Origin: Microbotryum violaceum
Taxonomy: Eukaryota
DNA: 64,000 nt
Assembly: GCA_001244265.2 (NCBI GenBank)
Contig: CDLV01000014.1
Location: 620,001-684,000, forward strand
Direction: 5' to 3'
Part shown: one piece after another, positions 59,054-64,000 of the stretch
Position numbering within the stretch: position 1 is the first letter of the stretch
Layout: each line of letters starts with the position of its first letter
Translations under genes and position numbers: made by a program
The notes under the pieces: model-generated
What the model was told of the DNA's origin: nothing
What the model saw: only the letters and a program-made list of their open reading frames with translations
The model's database searches: none

Positions 59054-62000
59054 TCAGCAACAACTCACTTGAATGCGGCCGTCCTCAATATAGGCGTTCT
59101 TCTGAATCTCGTTTGTTGTGAGCGCTCGGGCCACCTGGCCACCTCCAGTCCAGCGAAAACTCCTTGCGGTGCCCGCAATGTCTTCGAAGCGAGATGGTCC
59201 CATGGACTGCACCAACTCTTTCAAGACGCGTGAATGTACTGCACTGCGTCCTTGCTCTGTATTGCTAATCTCTAAGCCTGCCTCTCCGCGACTTGTGTCG
59301 CTCAATTCCATTGGCCTCCCTTTGAGTAGAACAGCTCTGAGGTGGCTACACTCATGAGCAGCTCGATGGGCAATCAAGCTGGCCCAGTTCAGCGAGAAAC
59401 TGGTATCGCGAGCATCAACAAGAGGCGGAAGTTTCAAGTGTGTAGGCTGTATAGTACCGAAGATGCATGAGTTCAGATCGAAATTACGCTAGTTAAGCTT
59501 GGTAGACGCACGATTGGACGTAATGAGCTGTTTGCCTTCTCAATGGTCTCGAGTACGTAGCGTTCCTCAGCTTGTCTGTCAGCTTCGTCGTAAGCGATTT
59601 GCACGTCGAGTCTGGCCAATGAGAAAGGAGAACAATATGAGGTCCGGATTAAAAGGTAGAAGAACGCTTCAGCGCACGTGGCACAGTGAAGTGTCCACTC
59701 ACAAGGCTGCCTCAACGTCAAAGTCCAGAGCTGCAAGCGATCGAATTGCACGGTCGACAGCTTCCCGCTCGTTTGGGTCCGGTTTCACAACACCTTGGCA
59801 CGTGCTACGCCGCATGCCATCAAGAGCAGAATCCAGCAATTCGGTGCGGAGCAGACCTTGATCTTCCTTGGTAGGATGATGGTCTTCAAGATCTACTTCA
59901 AGTGGGCATGGTATCCCGTGTCAGATACGCATCACTTGTAGACCAAGTCGTTCTGAACTACCTTGAACTGTTGTGCCATGGGCGAGTACGTCCTCGACGA
60001 GTATGTCAGGTTGCGGACCTTGGTTGCGTCTGTTGGACGCGATGCGTTGCACAGGCTCCCACATGCGTAAACCTGAAAGCAGTTCACGCGCAGTATTTGC
60101 CGCTGCAAAACTGGTGAGAGAGATGTCGCCATCACTGGGGTACGTTCGCATCGCAACAAGGCCAAGATTGTCGAGGTCGTTGTAGGTATGATGGTAGCCT
60201 TGACGTGATCCCGCCGCCTCGGTCTTAAACTTCCTCATGAGCTCCAAGAGTGCAGTGACTTTGCCAGTTGCCTGTCGGATTCTAGCCGGGTTAACTACTG
60301 TATAGATTAGATTGATTTATGAAGAACGCACCTGCAAGAACTCTAGAGCATCGAACTCCTTTACAATCTGGCGTATACCCCCGAAGAAGTGCTCCACCAT
60401 TTCTGTGCCATGCCGCCAGGGAATGAACGATTCTTTCGGCCAAAAATCTCGGTAGTTGCGGACGAAATCAATCGTTGAGTCAACCATCTTCCTGACCCCA
60501 TCAAGCGTTTCTTTGGCGAGGAACGAGTGAGAGCTAGATCCGGGGCGACTTCGGACAAAGTCATACCACGCCTCGAACGTATATCTGACAACGAGCAACA
60601 TCCTGATACGTTCAAGGGGCTGAAGCGACCGGTTCTGGATGGCATCCTGTAACTCGCCACATAAGAAGAGATATACGACCGCATCGGGGTCGAGGTTTTT
60701 GTCTTCAGCGAGTTCGGTTACGAGTTCGAGCGTCGCCTTGGAGAATGCCCGATGTGTTGCATTGTCGTCTTGACGATCACGCCCGACCACATCACGATCA
60801 GACAGAGTACGACGCGACTCCAGTCCGCTCAGGATGGTGAGCATATCCTGGTAGGCAATGCATCCGAGACCACCGAACAGCAATCTTGCTCCAGAGTCGA
60901 TAGCGTTCCTCAGACATTTGGCCAGGTGTTTTTCGTCCCGACAGAAGAGTATCGGCGTTCCCGCGACGTTGACGGTCGATATAGTGATCTCAGGAAACAC
61001 TCCGTCCGGATCTGGGGAGGGGAGGGTGTATGATGACGCGTTCCTTGATCCGGTTTGAGCAACAGCGCCACCCTGATCGCGCAGAAGGACGGCAACATTA
61101 CGTTGCAGCACACCCTCGCTTGCCGCACCATCTGCGGAGATGAATACCAGAAGGTGTGCGACGCAACGTTTTATTAATTATTGTATCACTGAATGTAACT
61201 GTTCGGTCGCGTCCTCCGCGTTCGTAGTTTCGCCGATCACAAAAGCGGCAAACACCTGTGCGGGGGAGCCAACATCGTTCGGTGCTATCATGTAAGCTCG
61301 GATCTGAATGAAGAGGCGACACATGTTAGAGCCTCATGGAAATGAAGTACAAACTTCAAAGAATCATTGCCACTCACTTTGGTTCCAGCAACCGGGGGGT
61401 CAGGTCCGCTGAACATATCAGGGAGTTCACCCGGAGTTTCGTAGATGCGTGGCGGACCAATTGATCCGATCAGCTCGTGGCGGAATATGCCCTTCGTACG
61501 TAGTTCGCGCTCTAAACTGAGGTCTTCTGAGTAGCATGGAGTGGTTCGCATCCTGGATCGACACTTCGTGTCGTCTACGTGTAAATTGAACGTTAGGTCG
61601 TCTGCTTCGAGTTTGGCGCAGACACGATCCATGTTGGACTTGTCGAGGCCGAGGCGCATCCTGCCTGATGTCGCTTGGTCCATTCTGCAAGCACCTCGAT
61701 CATTCAGTATGAGGTTGAATTGGAAGAACGAAAGAATGACGGTACTCACTGCAGTTTTCGGCTTGTGGATGCGCCGATTGTAGCCTGCAGTACTCTCAGA
61801 GCCATTGGAGACGCCAGCGCCATGGCTTGATCGAAGTCACGCAGCGCTTCGGACCGCACAAAGCCTCGCATTGATTTGCCCTTGACCATCCGATCGTGCT
61901 TGACCGTAGCCGCTTTCACCAATCCCTCCAAGATGTTCGCTCCGTCAAATTCTCCTGAGGCCACACCTTGCGCGAATCGTAGATACACGGTCCCTTGACT

Positions 62001-62356
62001 GTTGTCATCCAGGATCTCTTCTAGTCCATGATGTCGCCGGTAGATGGCCGAGAGAAGTGTATCGCCCGCGACATATTTCTTGTTGTGTATTTGCGAGTTG
62101 CGCCAGCAGCATATTGATGTCGAAGAGCTGCTCGACAGGATGAATTCTTAGGAAGCTTCGCGTATTCTTCACACGGTAAGCTTGGTCCGTCCTTGTTGAT
62201 CGAATCTCGAGCGCTATACTTGCAACAATTCACACTGATGATGCGCGGTGCTCGATGATCGTTGCGCCACTTCCATTCATTTGCTTCCAATTTGTCCACC
62301 TCCTTCCTCTCGAGCTCCGTCATTGGTCGTTTACCAATTTTGGGATAGAGGCGCAA
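59054..62356 (-). pseudogene. Spliced DDE transposase-like gene with in-frame TAA (61178-80) and frameshift (~62086)
   Basis: ORF fragments 62021-62356, 61746-61988, 61288-61749, 60317-61111, 59921-60247, 59054-59437 are collinear; IQ*LIKRC precedes SADG. Confidence 0.65.
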
Positions 62357-62426
62357 ACAAAGCGTCCGTCGAGGAGGGGCCCCGCCACCCTGCGCCGCAG
62401 TTGATGAAAGACAATGTATCGCCGTT

Positions 62427-63725
62427 TCAGACGTAAGGCCGGGGCACGGTCCTAGCGAGGGGCTGGGAGCAGTTGAGCCACAGGCGATAGGTCTGAAGAA
62501 AGTTGCTGATGGGTTGGAGGTTTACACACTTCTTATTGCCGAGATGTAATTCAAATCGTGCCTTGCACAGCAAGGCCGCCATTGGCACCAAGACATAACA
62601 TCGTCCACACCGCACGTATTTTGGATTGTTGACGTTGACATTCGATCCCGGGCAAAGATCTTCGACTTTTTCAGCAAGCCTCCTGAAAAGAGGCGGATGG
62701 TCGCGAGCCCACGTCGTATGCTCCTCGGGGGTGAGCTCTCGAGCTTTCGTCGGCTTCGATGCCTTGGTGAAGGTCGTTTGGAGTCGAGAAGTTGGCGGGT
62801 TCTTTGAGGATGATGCGACTCGTTGGTTTGTTGGCTTGGTTGTCGCTGCCTTGCCGGACTCTGCCGACGTGCTCTTGCTGCTCAGTGTTCCGGCAGCGGA
62901 TCCCCTCCCAGACTTTGCCTTTGATTTTGCGCCCGTGGCAACGATGGATTCGATTTCTTTGGGATCCTCGACAGCACCAACCAGAGAGGATAAACGACAG
63001 AATTGACGGAGCCGTGACATGTGAGCGCGCGCTGCGTTGAATGACCCAATCCCGAGCACCTCCGTCTCCACTGCATTGATCGTAGCCGGCCCGCACGAGT
63101 AGCTGTCTTCCTGTTGTTCGGCCTTAGGAGTATGAGGGAACTCGTTTTTGATGTCCAGCTTCAGAAATTTGAATAGCGTAAGGACGGCCGTCCGAGTAGC
63201 GGCGGTGATCGGAGTGGCGGAGAGTGAGTTGATCACAGACCATGTCCGCTTGTGCATGTTGATGCGGGCCAGGACCCAATGGCTGTCGGAGCAGAGGGGT
63301 AGAAACCAGATTGACTTTGACGTCGGCGTGTTGCGCATGCAATCGCCTAGCTCGATGAGATTCCGATACTGGTTTGGCGGGCCGAAAAAGCAGGCTTTGA
63401 AGACCGAATGAGGATCCGAGTCGGGAGGGCGAGCCATTACCAAGGAGATGACGGTGGAGGGTATAAGTTCATACGATGTTTCGAAATCGGGATTCTGCAC
63501 TCGTCCAGCTCGAAGGACGCTTTCAATTGACAAGTTCACCGCGGCTTCACCGAGCCAATCATGACCTGGGTAGAGACGCGAATAAGCAAGTTGCCTCAGA
63601 TACGAGATGAATACGAGTGGCCAGCTGAAGGATTGGTGTACTGACTTAAGAATCTCAGGAGATAAACCAAACTCGTTCCACTTGCAAGAAGAGGCAATGG
63701 TAGAAGCCCGTCTTGCTCTTGCCAT
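62427..63725 (-). CDS. Ulp1/C48 SUMO-protease-like domain plus CxxC..H..C zinc finger, part of the element
   Basis: DWLGEAAVN, WFLPLCSDSHWVLARIN, INSL, QQEDSYSCG (His / Asn in place of Asp / Gln / Cys); VRCGRC..FELHLGNKKC. Confidence 0.72.
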   Translation of the reverse strand: MARARRASTIASSCKWNEFGLSPEILKSVHQSFSWPLVFISYLRQLAYSRLYPGHDWLGEAAVNLSIESVLRAGRVQNPDFETSYELIPSTVISLVMARPPDSDPHSVFKACFFGPPNQYRNLIELGDCMRNTPTSKSIWFLPLCSDSHWVLARINMHKRTWSVINSLSATPITAATRTAVLTLFKFLKLDIKNEFPHTPKAEQQEDSYSCGPATINAVETEVLGIGSFNAARAHMSRLRQFCRLSSLVGAVEDPKEIESIVATGAKSKAKSGRGSAAGTLSSKSTSAESGKAATTKPTNQRVASSSKNPPTSRLQTTFTKASKPTKARELTPEEHTTWARDHPPLFRRLAEKVEDLCPGSNVNVNNPKYVRCGRCYVLVPMAALLCKARFELHLGNKKCVNLQPISNFLQTYRLWLNCSQPLARTVPRPYV

Positions 63726-64000
63726 TGCAATCCGTTCAGTATGCGACGTGCGACAGCGATACGGTTGCGGTCAATTTCGTTGATAACGATAATTTTGTCC
63801 ATCCATCGTAGAGCTCGCAACGCCCAGCTTTGAACGTCTTTTGCTCGGTCGTACTCTGACCATAGCCGATCGGCGCCGAGCGGCAAACACGTCGACCCGA
63901 CGGCCAAAGATCGATATCCTTTCTTGCGTGCATTGATCAGAGCCTCGGTAGCGAGAAACGCGTCTCTGGTCTGAAGAGTCGGCGTCATCGCACCTGTACA

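Larger units (their letters stand above)
58010..64000 (-). mobile_element. Putative DNA transposon (P-element/THAP9-like DDE transposase plus Ulp1 protease domain), defective, continues beyond window
   Basis: Transposase-like motifs HVDDTK, ISADG, DEKHLAKCLRN, TEMVEHFFGGIRQ; upstream C48 protease motifs; A/T-tract end region with inverted repeat at 58043-58137. Left boundary approximate. Confidence 0.6.

Overview
Intron-rich, GC-rich fungal nuclear DNA, most consistent with a basidiomycete yeast (Pucciniomycotina-like, inferred from GTGAGT/GTGCGT/GTACGT donors and the F-box family type). About 22 spliced genes, in order: two tandem OPT oligopeptide transporters; a divergent pair of a QutR/QA-1S-like AROM-derived protein and a Zn2Cys6 factor; a Kre9/Knh1-domain membrane protein; an alpha/beta-hydrolase pseudogene; IWS1; a PTS1-ending HAD hydrolase; TFB3; IMG2; EPL1; an F-box gene; a hypothetical beta-repeat protein; a PTS1-ending SDR; PSF2; a CTL/PNS1 transporter; a second F-box gene; a GNAT; a strongly divergent ALG9-like gene; a deleted sulfide:quinone reductase; a damaged NADP alcohol dehydrogenase; and an OSBP. 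The last ~6 kb is a defective DNA-transposon-like element with P-element/THAP9-type DDE motifs plus a Ulp1 (C48) protease domain, running off the window. Manual splicing shows stops, frameshifts or deletions in several accessory/catabolic genes while core housekeeping genes are intact. Some single-base indels lie in homopolymers and could be assembly errors. Exon boundaries were read by eye and family calls come from motif recall, not database searches.
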